Positions 37,317 through 50,120 of a stretch of DNA of 64,000 nt are shown piece after piece. The position numbers and the translations under genes were made by a program. A model generated the notes under the pieces. That model was not told the origin of the DNA, did not search any database, and saw nothing but the letters and a program-made list of their open reading frames with translations. The stretch is taken from contig NC_058133.1 in the NCBI RefSeq assembly GCF_016433145.1, positions 251,297,442-251,361,441 on the forward strand, written 5' to 3'. Source of the stretch: Gracilinanus agilis. Its lineage: Eukaryota. How positions within the stretch are numbered: position 1 is the first letter of the stretch; the number at the start of each line of letters is the position of its first letter.

Positions 37317-37521
37317 GGGGGCAGCTGGGTAGCTCAGTGGATTGAGAGTCAGGCCTGGAGATGGGAGGTCCTAGGTTCAAATCTGGCCTCAGATACTTCC
37401 CAGCTGTGTGACCCTGGGCAAGTCACTTGACCCCCATTGCCTAGCCCTTACTACTTTTCTGCCTTGCAACCAATACACGGTATTGATTCCAAGATGGAAG
37501 GTAAGGGTTTAAAAAAAACAA
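37317..37521 (+). mobile_element. SINE1_Mdo-type SINE
   Basis: TSD AACAT(C/T)CTTTTCTTTT. Confidence 0.88.
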
Positions 37522-37875
37522 AACATTCTTTTCTTTTGAAATTTCTGAGTTCCAAATTCTCTTCTTCCCTCCCACCCTTCCCCCACCTACAGAAAAGGCA
37601 AGCAAAATAATATCAATTATATATGTGAAGTCATGAAAAGCATATTTCCATATTAGCCATATCACAAAGCAAAGCAAAAAAAAAAGAAAGGAGGAAATGA
37701 GGGAAAGAAAGAAGGAAGGAAAGGAGGGAAAGAAAGAAATATAGGGAAAGAAAGAGGAAGGAAAGAAAGAAGATGAAGAAGGAGGAGGAGGAGGGAGGGA
37801 TCCAAGGTTTCAGTGTTTCCGAGGTGGTAAAATTTGGGGAGAGGTGTGATCACTGCTTTCCTGGTCTGTGGTCTG

Positions 37876-38965
37876 TGTTATAAACAAAAAGGACCTAGGG
37901 AGATGTAGGTATACAGTGATATGAATGTATCTATGTATTCTCCCTAGTTGCAGATGATGGAGGAACACCAACCCTGATCACCCTTGATAGTTGTTATAAT
38001 TTCACTTTTCTCTAACAGTTGCCAGGGGAGGACCCCTGAAAGGTTCGGTGAATGGGTAACCTATTCAGGTCCAACCTGGGGTTGGTTAAATTATTATAGG
38101 GCTTTTGATTTGCTTTGGATCACATTTGGTATCTGACTGCATTGATTCCCTTCCCAAAGGCCTTGATAGAAAAAAAACGACTCAGGAAGGTACTTGTTAA
38201 ATACTCTTTATCTATAATCTATAATCAAGGAAAGGATAAACAGGATAAGGAATGGGGATTGGAAACCCTGTCAATCTAATATCTATAACTAGTTGACAAT
38301 CAGGACTGGAGGCTATTGATTTAGTAAAAGCTGGAGCTTTGTTCTCTATTACCCTTCTGGCCCAGCCAGGCCACAGCCAAGCCAGAGAACAGGAACTGCT
38401 GTTGATGCAGCTGCGTTGGTGATGTTATTCTCTCAGCTTTTCACTATCAGTGTTTGGTGATGCACTAGCTCTCACAGTCTTCAGGAAATACTCAGATTTT
38501 TCCTACCCTCTTCTTCATAGACTTCCCAGCCTCCCTTCACCACTCAGAGGCCCAGAGACCTAAAGAGCTAAGAAGATTCAGAGACCTAAAGATCTAAAGA
38601 GCCCACAGACCCAACACTAAAGGTCAAAGACCAAAAACCAAAGGACCAAAGACTCTTTCAAGTGGCTGTCAGGGGAATTTATACTGCCGGGCCAACCGAT
38701 GTTTGCCCCTGGCTCACAGCATCTGGGAACATTCTATGCCTTTCAACTGCCTCCCCTGTCATTCAAAGGTGGCATCCATCATTTCCCAGGATGTGAACAT
38801 AACATCTGATCTTTACCCAGGATGGGCACCTATTCCTTTACAGTTGAAAACACTAGATCTCCCCTCTGCTTTGGAACTATGACCAGGGCCCTTGCTCCCT
38901 TGTGACCAACCACAAGCGCTCCTCTCCACCCTGGAATTGTGACCCATAACTGCTTATGGGCAACA
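37876..38965 (-). mobile_element. Solo LTR, boundaries ambiguous (37876-38804 with TSD TCTG, or 37992-38965)
   Basis: TGTTAT...ATAACA-type termini, TATAAA at 38683-38678, and an internal AAAGA-rich short-repeat block at 38551-38655. Confidence 0.55.
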
Positions 38966-39857
38966 GAGTTGGTAACCAGCAGCACCAACTGCTCCCAGTA
39001 CCACTGAAAGGTCCTTTGTAATCACTTTCTGATCAGTTATCTAATCTTCTTACCATCTCAGGACTGAGAGCATCCCAAGCTGCTGCTACTGCTGCTACTG
39101 CTGCTAAAAACATCAGGCCCAAAGCTAGTGCTCCAGCTGCCCTCCCTGGTGTCACAAATCTCTCCTGCTTAAATTGTCTCAGTCTGTAAAAAATGTCTTG
39201 TTCTGACCTTTTATTGACTCTGTTGCTACAACATTTGGTTTGAGGAGTTATTTTAGAGTTGTTTAGAGGGAAATGTTGGGAGAGTTCAGCTGGGTTGCTG
39301 TCTATACTGGTGATGTCCAACCTTTTAGAGATGGAGTACTGGGCCCTGCCCCCATCCCACCCCACCAGACTGAGCACCATTCCCTTCCTCCCCTCCTCCC
39401 CCATCACATTGAGTGCCAGGTGCACCCTGACCCCACCCTTACCCCACACAGGGGTAAGGGGTAATGCTCTCATTGATCTTCCTAGCTATGTGAACTGCTG
39501 GGCAGAGGGATGGGTGAAGTGAGGAATGTCCTCAGTGAGTATTGAGAGGGGAAGGGGAGGGGCCTGAGCTCTCTGCTCCCCTCCAGCTCTGCTGCCTATG
39601 AGCTGCCCACCTTAACCCCTGTGCATTCCCATTGGGCTGCTGGGCAAAGGGGTGGGGTATGTGAAAAAATGTCATCAGGCACAGTGGAGAGAGGGAGGGG
39701 AGCAGCTCCACCTGAGTCCCTCAGCTTTTCTAGTAATGAATTCTGGGGGGGAGGGTGGCCCATGTGCCCACAGAGAGGGCTCTGTGTACCATCTTCGGCA
39801 TCTGTGCCATAGATTTGCCATCACCATTCTATTCTCTGCCATTTTGGCTCCACCCCC
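38966..39857 (-). mobile_element. L1 5'UTR fragment interrupted by hAT copy B
   Basis: GGGGGTGGAGCCAAAATGGCAGAG 5' end containing a YY1-like site. Confidence 0.6.
39308..39826. mobile_element. hAT MITE copy B, nested in an L1 5'UTR
   Basis: Ends TGGTGATGTCCAACCT ... AGATTTGCCATCACCA; flanks GTCTATAC/TTCTATTC. Confidence 0.75.
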
Positions 39858-40145
39858 TACATGTATCTTTCTAATGATAGCCCCCATTATAATGTGTTTA
39901 CCCAAAATATCAATCACCAGTGATTACTGCCTCATTATTATCTGCCAATGCAAGTTAACTGAGTGACATTGATTAGTTTTAGTAAAGGGATATCTTCAGA
40001 ACAGATATAATAAGAATCAAAGTATAAAAAGTCCTCCTCAAACCCCGACTGTTGCAATAACTTGCTGCATGGTTGGCCTGCCACAAATCTCTTCCCACTA
40101 CAATTCATCCTCTATTCAACCACCATTTTCTTCCTCTTTTAAAAG

Positions 40146-40326
40146 AAAAAAAATCCTTACCTTCTGTCTTAGAATGGATACTAAGTATTAGTTTTGAGGC
40201 AGAAGAATGACAAGGGCTAGGCAATTAGAGTTTAGTGACTTGCCCAATATCACATAGCTAGGAAGGTCTGAGATCAGAACAGAACCCAGTCCTGGCTCTC
40301 TATATACTGAGCCATCTAGATGCCCC
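40146..40326 (-). mobile_element. SINE1_Mdo-type SINE (diverged)
   Basis: Antisense tail, core and head. Confidence 0.8.
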
Positions 40327-40390
40327 TGCATATATACTTTTGTAGCATTTCCTCTGGTCTACTCCCTCAAAATTCACTGAAACCCAAGAG

Positions 40391-41755
40391 TAACTTTTTT
40401 ACATTTTATATGTTCATGCTGTCTTGTCTTCTCTAATAGAAAGTAAACTACTTGAGAAAAAGGATTTTTTTTCCCGTCCTTAGCATTTAGCCATTAAGAT
40501 GCGGATAGCAATAAGGAATTTCCTCTTTTAGAGATGAAAGATATATTTGTCCACTAAGGCTGGCTAAGGGCTAGAACTACCAAAGCAAAGAAAGACCTAG
40601 TGTTATCTACCACAAATTTTGAATATAGTGCTGAAGACCAAACACAAGAGAACCCTTCTGTAAGCCTCTACTGGTCTACTTCCCATTGACAAAGAGTCAG
40701 TAGACACAATTAGATCTTTGCAATGGTGTTTACTAAGATGGCTTACTAAAAACAACTGCTCCAAAACATTTTCCTCATAAACCTTAGGTATACTCTTTCA
40801 CAAATGTATACAATGTCCTTGAGAAGAATGGGCACAAGCTTAAAGTATGATGGTGGTGAGGCATGCATATGATCAAGACTGCTCACTCTGCTGGTATTTC
40901 TAGCCCAGGGGTCCTTTTTCTCTTAATGAAGTCTTCATAAAGTTCCTCCCTGGATAAAGCAGGATCTTCCTGGGCAGGTTGCTCAGTTGGGCTATCAGGA
41001 AACACCTTTCTCCTCCACTCCAGGAGCTAAAGAGCTTAGTTCTTCCTCAACTGCTAGCTCATTCCAGAATTTCCCCTACCTGAATGGAATGTGTATTTCT
41101 GGGAAGGGGGGAGTGGCATGCTGTCCTGGAAGAAGGGCTTGGGAAGGAGGTGGAAATAACTAATCATTTTCCCAAAGCTAAATACTCCCTTATGATTCAC
41201 ATTCCTACTTCATAAAGTGATCACCTGGCCCCATTTTCACAGAGTTTAATATGTCTTTTCTGTGATTAGTTCTTAATTTTTCTTTCTTTTCTTTTTTAAA
41301 CCCTTACTTTCTGTGCTAGAATCTATACTGAGTATCAGTTCCAAGGCAGAAGAACAGTAAGGGCTAGGCAATGGGGGTTAAGTGATTTATCCAGGGTAAA
41401 TCTAGGAAGTATCTGAGATAAAATTTGAATCCAGGACCTCCTGTCTCCAGGACTATTCACTGAGCTACCATACTGCCCCTTTATCTCTTAGATTTTCGAG
41501 GACTAACTTCTTTATACTTTTATATATTCATGCCGTCTCCTCCAATAGAATGTATGCTACTTGAGGAAAGGGATTTTTCTTTCTTTCTATCCTTAGCACT
41601 TGGCCATTAAGATGCAGATAGCAATAAGGAATTTCCTCTTTTAGAGATGAAAAATATATTTGTCCCTTAAGGCTGGGCTTAGGGCTGGAGCTGCAAAAAT
41701 AGAGACCTAGTGTTATCTACCACAAATCTTGAATATAGTATTCAAGATCAAACAT
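40391..41755 (+). repeat. Local dispersed duplication of about 255 bp (40391-40645 and 41504-41755)
   Basis: Identical cores GATAGCAATAAGGAATTTCCTCTTTTAGAGATGAAA and GACCTAGTGTTATCTACCACAAAT at an offset of about 1110 bp. Confidence 0.9.
41292..41480 (-). mobile_element. SINE1_Mdo-type SINE
   Basis: Antisense tail, core and head. Confidence 0.8.
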
Positions 41756-42377
41756 AGAAAAATACACCTAGATCTGTTTTATTTCTCTTTGGTAAGGGAC
41801 ACCAAACCAGAAGCAGCAATCTTGGGGGAAAAGGAGTAAAGAAAGCTATTGTGGCTTTCATTTGAAAGGCTTGGAGAAATTGGCTTCCTACTGCCTTTTT
41901 CAAAAACATAAGCACTAGAGGAGATATAAAAAGACACCAGATAGGCTCAGTAACCTGATCGTAGGGAATCAACTGTACATGCCATATTACTACAGCAACA
42001 CTACTCTAGAGATGTTATCAGGGCCTGAAAGCACACATGGGGAGTTAAAAATGTAAAATCATTCTCAGTGTTTCATTCATTTATCACAAAACTGGTCTAT
42101 TATTTTATCTGCATCTAAAATTCTAGGAAAATAACCAAAAATATAACTCATACTTCACTTCCTATTAAAATTCTTGTTCCCTCACTTCCTGTGACCCCAA
42201 AGGAAACCATATTCACATTAGAGTTTAAATAAACTCTATGGCAATAAAATCAGCACATGCTGCTCAGTAAGTCATCTTCATGTCCAATCCCTGAAGCTGT
42301 CTCATTAATTACTGAATTTACAACTTTGCTTTTCCTAAGGCTACCTTTTCAACTCTTCCATTCCTGGTTCCTATGTT

Positions 42378-42419
42378 TTAATTTAATTTAATTTAATTTA
42401 AATTAATTTAATTTAATTA
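42378..42419. repeat. (AATTT)n microsatellite
   Basis: Seen directly. Confidence 0.85.
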
Positions 42420-43042
42420 GGGGAGCCACAATTTGTTTAGCCATTACCCAATTGATAGACACCTGCTTTGTTTCCATTTCTTGGCTACCTTAAAAAATAC
42501 TACTATGAATACTCTGCTATATATATAATGAGGACAGATTCTAAGCCTTGTCTTTTTGAGCAGAGTTCTACTGATGTGATTACTCACATCTAAGAAGTTA
42601 GGTAGCTGCATCTAAGGGATGTCTTGTAATGGAAATGCTTTGAAAAGACTTTGGAGCATATGCAGACATTCTGTAACTCTTTCTGTTCTGTCAACCGTGT
42701 GGTGATTAGGAGCATTTTTGGTTGGCTGGTCAGGTATTCAACAGATACCACTAGAGTATAGCTTCACCCTTTATATCTTGGTTTGATTTCTTCCCAGCAG
42801 CATTCTAATGGCAGATAATGTTGTAAAGGGAGAACATATGGGTCTTCCCCATTTGAAGCCAATATGTACCCATGAATATGAGACTAAATTCTTTGCTTCA
42901 GCTTTTGCTCTTTTGCTTTAGATAAAAGAGATTAATTTGGAAGTTTAAGACCATGAATTTTAAAGGATCAAAGGAAAGGAGTTCTGTTACATCTTGATGA
43001 TAAAAAAGAAAAATGCAAAGAGATGGGGAGAAGAATATAGTA

Positions 43043-43231
43043 GGGGGGCAGGTAGGTGGCTAAATGGATTAAGAGCCAGACCTACAGGTGGGAGGTCCTG
43101 GGTTCCAATTCGACCTCAGATACTTCTAAACCGTGTAACTCTGGGCAAGTTACTTAATCCCAGTTGCCTAACCTTTATCACTCTTCTGCTTTGGAACTGA
43201 TACTTAGAATCAATTCCAAGACAGAAGATAA

Positions 43232-43260
<29 letters not shown>
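43043..43260 (+). mobile_element. SINE1_Mdo-type SINE with a long poly-A tail
   Basis: Head and core, followed by a poly-A tail. Confidence 0.82.
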
Positions 43261-43263
<3 letters not shown>

Positions 43264-43289
43264 TACACATAGGGGAAGGGAGAGGGATA

Positions 43290-43765
43290 TATTTCTTCAC
43301 TTGAAAATTGTTCATATCCTTTAACCACTGTCAGTTGAGGTATGGTTTGTATTCAGAAATTTGACTTAGTTATTTATAGATTTGAGAAATTAGACCTTTA
43401 TCTGAGACATTTGTTATTTTTAAAAATTCCCCATTTGTTGTTTCCCTTCTAATCTTGATTACATTGGCTTTGTTTATACAAAAGCTTTTTAATTTAAAAT
43501 AGTCAAAATTATTCATTTTATATCTTATAATGCTCTCTAATTCTTGTTTATTCATAAATTCTTCCCTTCTCCTCAGATCTGCCAGGTAAACTCTTCTGGG
43601 TTCCCCTAATTTAGTTATAATATCACTCTTTATATCTAGATCATATACCCAATTTGACCGTATCTTGGTTTTAGATGTGAAAAATTGGTCTGTACCTAGT
43701 TTCTGCCATACTGTTTTCCAATATTCCCTGCAGTTTTTATTAAATAGTGAGTTAAGAATATAATT
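43290..43765 (-). mobile_element. L1 ORF2 fragment
   Basis: Minus-strand translation KMNNFDYFKLKSFCINKANVIKIRRETTN...SDKGLISQIYK. Confidence 0.75.
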
Positions 43766-44140
43766 CTAAAAGCTGAGTAGAGGATAACTTAGGAGTGGGG
43801 AGAGACTTGAGGTAGGCAGAACCACCAGCAGACTACCAGTATAGTCCAGGTTTGAGGTGATGATGGCCTGCACCAAGGTGGTGGCAGTGTCAGAGAAGGA
43901 AATCTATAATAGACAATCAACAAGACATGGCAAGTGTTTGAGATGGAAGTGAGAGAGAAGGAGTTGTGGAAAACGATACCTAGATTCCAAACCTGGATGA
44001 CAAGGAAGATTGTGGTGCTCTCCACAGTAATCAGAAAACTGGGGGATAGGGTGGGTAACAAAAGAAAATAAATAAGTTCAGTTTTGAACATGTTGAGTTT
44101 CAGATGTGTACAGGACATCCAGTTTGAGATGTCCTATAGA
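43765..44140 (-). mobile_element. L2 fragment
   Basis: Minus strand reads HLKLNMFKTELI-like L2 text; gatggcctgcaccaaggtggtggcagtg. Confidence 0.65.
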
Positions 44141-44770
44141 GTGTCCTTATGAAGGCAGAACATAAATAGCAAACTTTTGTTTCCTTCTCTACCCCATTTT
44201 CATATTATTTAATTTGTAAACATTTCTTCTTCCCTTTTCTTTGTATATTTCTTTATTTGATTTTTTTTGAGGCTGTAATCTTAAAAATATTTTGTAAAGG
44301 AAGCACTATTATGTGCTGGGAGTTATTTTTGTATATTATAGCCAGAGGCTTAGTCCTGGTTTGGGCCTTTACTGTAATCACCCACAGGCTCATGAAACCA
44401 CATTATCCTTTGTCTTTTATCTTTTTCATATCCTTCTCTACTACTTTCAGTGCTAGCTGCCCCAGGAAATCCATCCATCATCCCCTCTCTTGAAAGGTAT
44501 AAATTTGCTAGAGTCTCTTATTCTCTTTATTCTCCCAAGTAAAATACTATTAGGAGACCCAAATCTTTTATCAGAGAGATATACTCACTTCCTTTATCCA
44601 TATCATCCACGAGACATTCTTTTATGCACCCCTTTCAGCTCTATATAAAATTTCAGTAACAAATTTATTTTATTTCAGTAACAAATTTACACCTAAGTTT
44701 TCCACAGTTATATGATTCATGATTCTCCCCTCCCCCCTCCTAGTCCTAGTCTCCTTTTATTTTATTTTAT

Positions 44771-44932
44771 TTTTTTAAACCCTTAGCTTCTGTGTATTGG
44801 CTTATAGATGGAAGAGTGGTAAGGATGGGCAATGGGGGTCAAGTGACAGCTGGGAAGAGTCTGAGGCCAGATTTGAACCTAGGACCTCCCATCTCTAGGC
44901 CTGACTCTCAATCCACTGAGCAACCCAGCTGC
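44771..44932 (-). mobile_element. Young SINE1_Mdo-type SINE
   Basis: Antisense copy with a small internal deletion. Confidence 0.82.
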
Positions 44933-46365
44933 CTTAGTCTCCTTTAAAAAAAAATTCAATTTTATTTTTATTTTCATTTCAAAATTCCTCTTTCCATCTT
45001 CCCACCCACTGAGAAGTCAAGAATTATCATATCCATTATCCATACTAAATCATGCAAAACATATTTCAGTATTAGTCATATTCAGGAAAAAAGAAAAAAT
45101 ATGTACTCTAAGTCAATCAATACCTGGAAGTACAGACTATTTTTCATCATGAATCCTTTGGAATTGTGATGTATCATTATATTATCAGAGTACTAAGTTC
45201 ATTCCCTTTCCTAAAGAGTCTCTCCATGATTCTAATCTCAGCCTTCAGCTCATATTCTAGGCATTACTTTCCATTGTGTATATCTTTATTTCCCATTTAA
45301 CTAACTCTTGTTGCAAGACTAAAGAAATTACTATTCCTTCTCTGCTCACTTCCATATTGGATAGGGATGCAGTTCCAGCTCCCCTTTGTCTCTTCTTTCC
45401 TCTCTCCCTGTTCAAGAAATTTTCCATTTTGTAATCTATATAATTCACTTACATGTGAGCATGGGATTTAATCCATGGAATATTAATTCAGCTCTTTCTC
45501 CATTTCTCCCTCATGATTCTTTAAGAAATTTTTGTTATTTTTTATCCCTTAATGACCACTATTTGTTTCTACTTTTAATCATTTGTTTGCTTTTTAATAG
45601 CTTATAAATGTGAGAGGAAAAAAATTATCTCATTGCTTAGTCTTTTTCTTGCTGATTGTATTTATTTAGCTTCTTGTCTTCGTCTTATTTGGAGGTAATT
45701 GCAAATTGAATGTGCTATTTACATCCGTCAGTTCTTATTGTTGTTTGCTTGAATGCTTGTTTGGCAAAGATAGACTAGGGCTCTTATGGACTCTCCCACA
45801 TTTTAAAAAATTTTTATATCAACATATTTATTTAAAGTTTACTTATTTATTTAATTTAGAATATTTTTCCATGGTTACATGATTCATATTCTTTTCCTCC
45901 TCTCCACCCACCCCCCTCCTATAGCCAACAAGTAATTCCACTGGGTTTTACGTGTATCATTGATCAAGACCTATTTCCATATTATTAATATTTGCACTAG
46001 GATGACCATTTAGAGTCTACATCTCCAATCATATCCCCATCAAACCATGTGATCAAGTCATTTTTCTTCTGTGTTTCTACTTCCACAGTTCTTTCTCTGG
46101 ATGTGGATAGTGTTCTTTCTCATAAGTCCCGCAGAATCCCCACCCCCACTTTTAAAAAAACTCTTATTTTCTGTCTTAGGATCTATACTATCAGTTCTGA
46201 GGCAGAAGAGTATCGAGGGATAGGCACCCTGTATTACAAGACTTGCCCAGAGTCACACATCTAGAAAGTGTCTGAAGTCACATTGGAACCCAGAACCTTC
46301 CATTTCCAGGCCTGGCTTTCTATCCACTGAGTCAGAATCCCCTAGCTGCCTACGCCTACAGATTC

Positions 46366-46371
<6 letters not shown>

Positions 46372-46425
<54 letters not shown>
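46372..46425. repeat. (TC)n microsatellite
   Basis: Seen directly. Confidence 0.95.
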
Positions 46426-46429
<4 letters not shown>

Positions 46430-46445
46430 AAACAGGTGCTCTGAG

Positions 46446-46632
46446 GGGCAGCTAGGTAGCTAAGTAAATAGAAAGACAGGCATAGAGTTAGGAGGACCTG
46501 GTTTCTAATCTAGTCTCAGATACTTCCTAGCTGTATGACCTTTGGCAAGTCACTTAACCCTTATTGCCTAGGCCTTACTGCTCTTCTGTCTTAGAACTAA
46601 TATTAAGATAGAGGTAAAGGTTAAAAAAAAAA
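46446..46632 (+). mobile_element. SINE1_Mdo-type SINE, head-to-head with an antisense copy at about 46150-46350
   Basis: Two diverged copies flanking a (TC)n microsatellite. Confidence 0.75.
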
Positions 46633-48898
46633 GTGCTCTGGTCTTGAGGAGAATATGTACCTTCATGAGATGACACAGCATTCCCATTGTTGATTGCTGG
46701 GAAGTGGGGGGAGGGAAGGAAAGGGTTTTGAAGGTGATGGATGACTGAGTCAGATGAGATGACTACTTTGTGGGCTGAAAGAAGAGCTAAGAAAAAAACA
46801 ACTCTGATGCTTTCTTTACTTGGATTTGCAGTGGAATAGAAAATAAATTTCTGTCCCCTTTCAGTGGCAATGGCAGCCTCAAGAATATAGCAGTGACAAC
46901 ACATGTTTTCTTCCCTGAAACTAGGGCTAATGAACAGAGACCCTGATAAATAGACATTTCTCTTAATAAAATGATTAAAAATCTCCAGCCAGAGTCCCAA
47001 ATTTTATATTAACATAATCCTGGCAGCAATTATGTGAGTCTTAGAGTTTGAAAGTTTCTATCATGGATGTCAGCTGCCTATGAGGAGGTGACTTCCACAA
47101 CAGAAGAGAAAAATGACCACTGAATCAATGAGAGTTAATAAACATTTATTAAATGCCTCCTATGTGCCAGGCACTATGTTTTAGGGGTGGAGGTAGAGTA
47201 ACAAAGAAAGGCATGAATGATAGCCTCAGTCCTTCAGGAGCTCACACTCTAAAGGGGAAGACAACACCTAAAAAGCTGAAAAGAGAAAGGATTCTCCCTC
47301 TTTACCCAGTAAAGGTATGTGATAAAGTCATGCAGCTTAGGTAGAAAATGAACTGAAAGAGTTTCCCAGTTAATCTTGTAGAATGATGAGTTTGTCGAGA
47401 TGAAAGAAAGTAGCTGGGTAGGGAATGATGAGAATTTCCTGGGTGGCATCCTTAAATATTGGGAGATCTGGGAGGACCTCTCCAGTAATGGGATTATCCT
47501 GAACCTGAAGGACTAAAAGAAAGCCATTACCTAGCTGGTCAGGATATTCAGACTTTGTAAGTTGTTCAGACAGAACAGGTCTGAGGTAAATGTGGAAATT
47601 TCTGTAATTCTGTCTTATTATCCCCACTCCCAGCCCCATCCCAGAGTAACTCTAGAAAAATCTCTAATATAAAACTTAGACCTGACTCATGTCTAGAGTC
47701 TCCCCAAAATGTGAATAACATTATTCTTTATGGAAAGATATTCAATATGTAATATAGGTATCAGGCAGAGAACTGTTTATGTCATAACACACACATATGC
47801 ATACACACATATTTAAGACATGGAAGAACTCAAGAAAGGTCTGTCTAAGCACAGGTAATAAAACATCTCAAATAACTCATTTGCACACTATAAGAGATAA
47901 AAGTACTCTGAGAGAGTGCTGTTTTCTTACCTTTCAGATTCAGCTTTAATTATGCTAGATTTGGTGTGTATTTCCTTCCTTTTGAAGTTGTCAGGTTAAA
48001 GTGGAATATCAAAAACTACTTTATCATCTTGCTGATCTTGTCCTTATCCTTGTACCCTTTTATTATGAAGATCTCTAAAGGCTCTGGGTAGAAGATTTAT
48101 TATGATCTATCTATTCTATGATCTAATATTATCACAAGGGTTTCTTCGACTTTTCCCCCTTTCTTTTTTTGGCAAACATTCTTCTTGATTTGTAACTTTA
48201 ATGCAAACCAGAGGTAATTTCTAAAACTTTCCAGCCCACACTTTTTGGACACTTAGTTGATTGTTATTATTGTTGAATTCTATCCTACTCTTCGGGACCC
48301 TAATGGGGTCTTCTTGACAAAGATACTTGAGTTGTTTGCCATTTCCTTCTCCAGCTAATTTTGCAGATGAGGAAACTGTGGCAAACAGAGGTAAATGACT
48401 TGCCCCAGTTCACTTATCCAGCTAATAAGTGTCTGAGGCTATATTTGAACTGAGATCTTCCTGACTCTAGCCTGGCACTCTCTCCAACTAATTGTCTCAG
48501 TATGTTAGGCAACCAACTGTTTACAATCTATCTGACCACTACTAAACACAATGCTGAGTCTATTTGCTTTGATACAATATATGCGACATTCTGTTCTCAC
48601 ACTATTTTATCAAGAGGAGTGAAGGGTGTTTCATCATTTTAATCAACCTATCAATAAGAATTTATTAAATCTCTACTATGTGACCAGCTCTGTGCTAGGT
48701 TTCAGAGACACAAATAGAAACAATGAAAGAAAGATATGTAAAATAAACCTAAAGAGAATAATACAAATAAATACAAAGTCATTAAATACAAGGTCATTAG
48801 GGAGAGATGGCAGTAGCATTTAAAGGAATCAAGAAAGACATCTTCCTAAATTCAAATGTGGTCTCAGATACTTTCTAGCTATGTGCCCACTGGGCAGG

Positions 48899-48977
48899 GA
48901 AAGGAAGGAAGGAAGGAAGGAAGGAAGGAAGGAAGGAAGGAAGGAAGGAAAGGAAAGGAAAGGAAAGGAAAGGAAGG
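48899..48977. repeat. (GGAA)n/(GGAAA)n microsatellite
   Basis: Seen directly. Confidence 0.95.
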
Positions 48978-49389
48978 CAGGGAAAGAGGAAGACCTCATG
49001 TAAGTGATAATATTTGAATTGAGTCTTCAAGGAAGAGAAGGATTCTCTGAGACAGAGAGGTGAGGAGGCAGAGAAATCCTGGGTTAGGAGATCACCAGTG
49101 CAAAGACAGGAAAGTGAAGGAGGTGTCTTTTGTAAGGAACAGAGAAAAGGCCAGTTTGTATCAAAGAAATCTAATTTAGAAGGAGAATAATGTAGTGAGA
49201 CTAGAGCTGCTGAGCCAGGACTGAGTATGAGGTCCTTAAGGATGCAAATCCATTGGATGAAGTTTACTTGCTAGCAGAGAACTCAGAGACGTGACCTTCA
49301 AGTATTTAACCTCTTTTGGGAGCCCCCAACCTGTTTTAGATTTACCTGCTCTTGTTTTCTCTCCCTTTCAATTGATCCTGCTTGTTTTA

Positions 49390-50120
49390 TTATGGATGAG
49401 TTTAGAAATCTTTTTTTAAATAATATTTCTTTTTCTCCTACTTCATGTAAAAACAGTTTTTTAACATTCATTTTTTTAGTTTTGAGTTCCAAATTCTTTT
49501 CTTTCTTCTGACCCTCCCCCCCCTTCCTGGTCCTTCCTGAAATGGCAAGCAATCTTATATAGATTCTATATGTATAATCATGTAAAACATTTTTTCATAA
49601 TTAGTCATATTGTGGAAGAATTCTCAAATGGAAAAAAAAAGAAAGAAAATGAAATGTAGTATGTTGTAGTCTACATTCAGACTCCATTTCTTTCTTGGAG
49701 GCAGATAGCATTTTTCATCATGGGTGTTTGGGATTGTCTTGGATCACTGTATTGCTGAGAATAACTAGGTCATTCACAATTGTTCATCAAGAAATATTGT
49801 TGTCACTATGTACAGTATTCTTCTGGCTCTGCTTATTTCACTTGCCATCAATAGTATTTCTTTAAAATTATATTATCACAACTTGTTTAGTTATCCCCCA
49901 ATTGATGGACAACCTCTCAATTTCCAATTCTTTGCTCTCACAAAAAGAGTTTTAATAAATATTTTTGTACAAATAGGTCCTTTCCCCCCCTTTTTTAAAA
50001 ATCTCTTTGGGATACAGACATAGTAATGGTATCGATGGATCAAAGGATATGCACAGTTTTAAAGTCCTTTGAACATAGTTCCAAATTGCTCTCTAGAATG
50101 GTTGGATCAGATTGCATGAG
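49390..50120 (-). mobile_element. L1 3' end fragment
   Basis: Typical marsupial L1 3'UTR and ORF2-end text in antisense. Boundaries approximate. Confidence 0.6.

Noticed and set aside
39033-39473. 146-aa ORF with a hydrophobic AAGALALGLMFLAAVAAVAAA stretch resembling a fusion peptide
   Set aside because: A chimera of hAT MITE copy B and an L1 5'UTR. The Ala run comes from a (GCA/GTA)n-like repeat.
40870-41030. Short stop-free minus-strand segment LLEWRRKVFPDSPTEQPAQEDPALSREELYEDFIKRKRTPG
   Set aside because: About 47 codons with a weak acceptor, which is within chance expectation, and no family was recognised.
47370-47639. 89-aa protein-like ORF (…DQLGNGFLLVLQVQDNPITGEVLPDLPIF…)
   Set aside because: Part resembles L2 3' text, and no compatible splice phases or known homolog were recognised. 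A BLASTP hit would reopen it.
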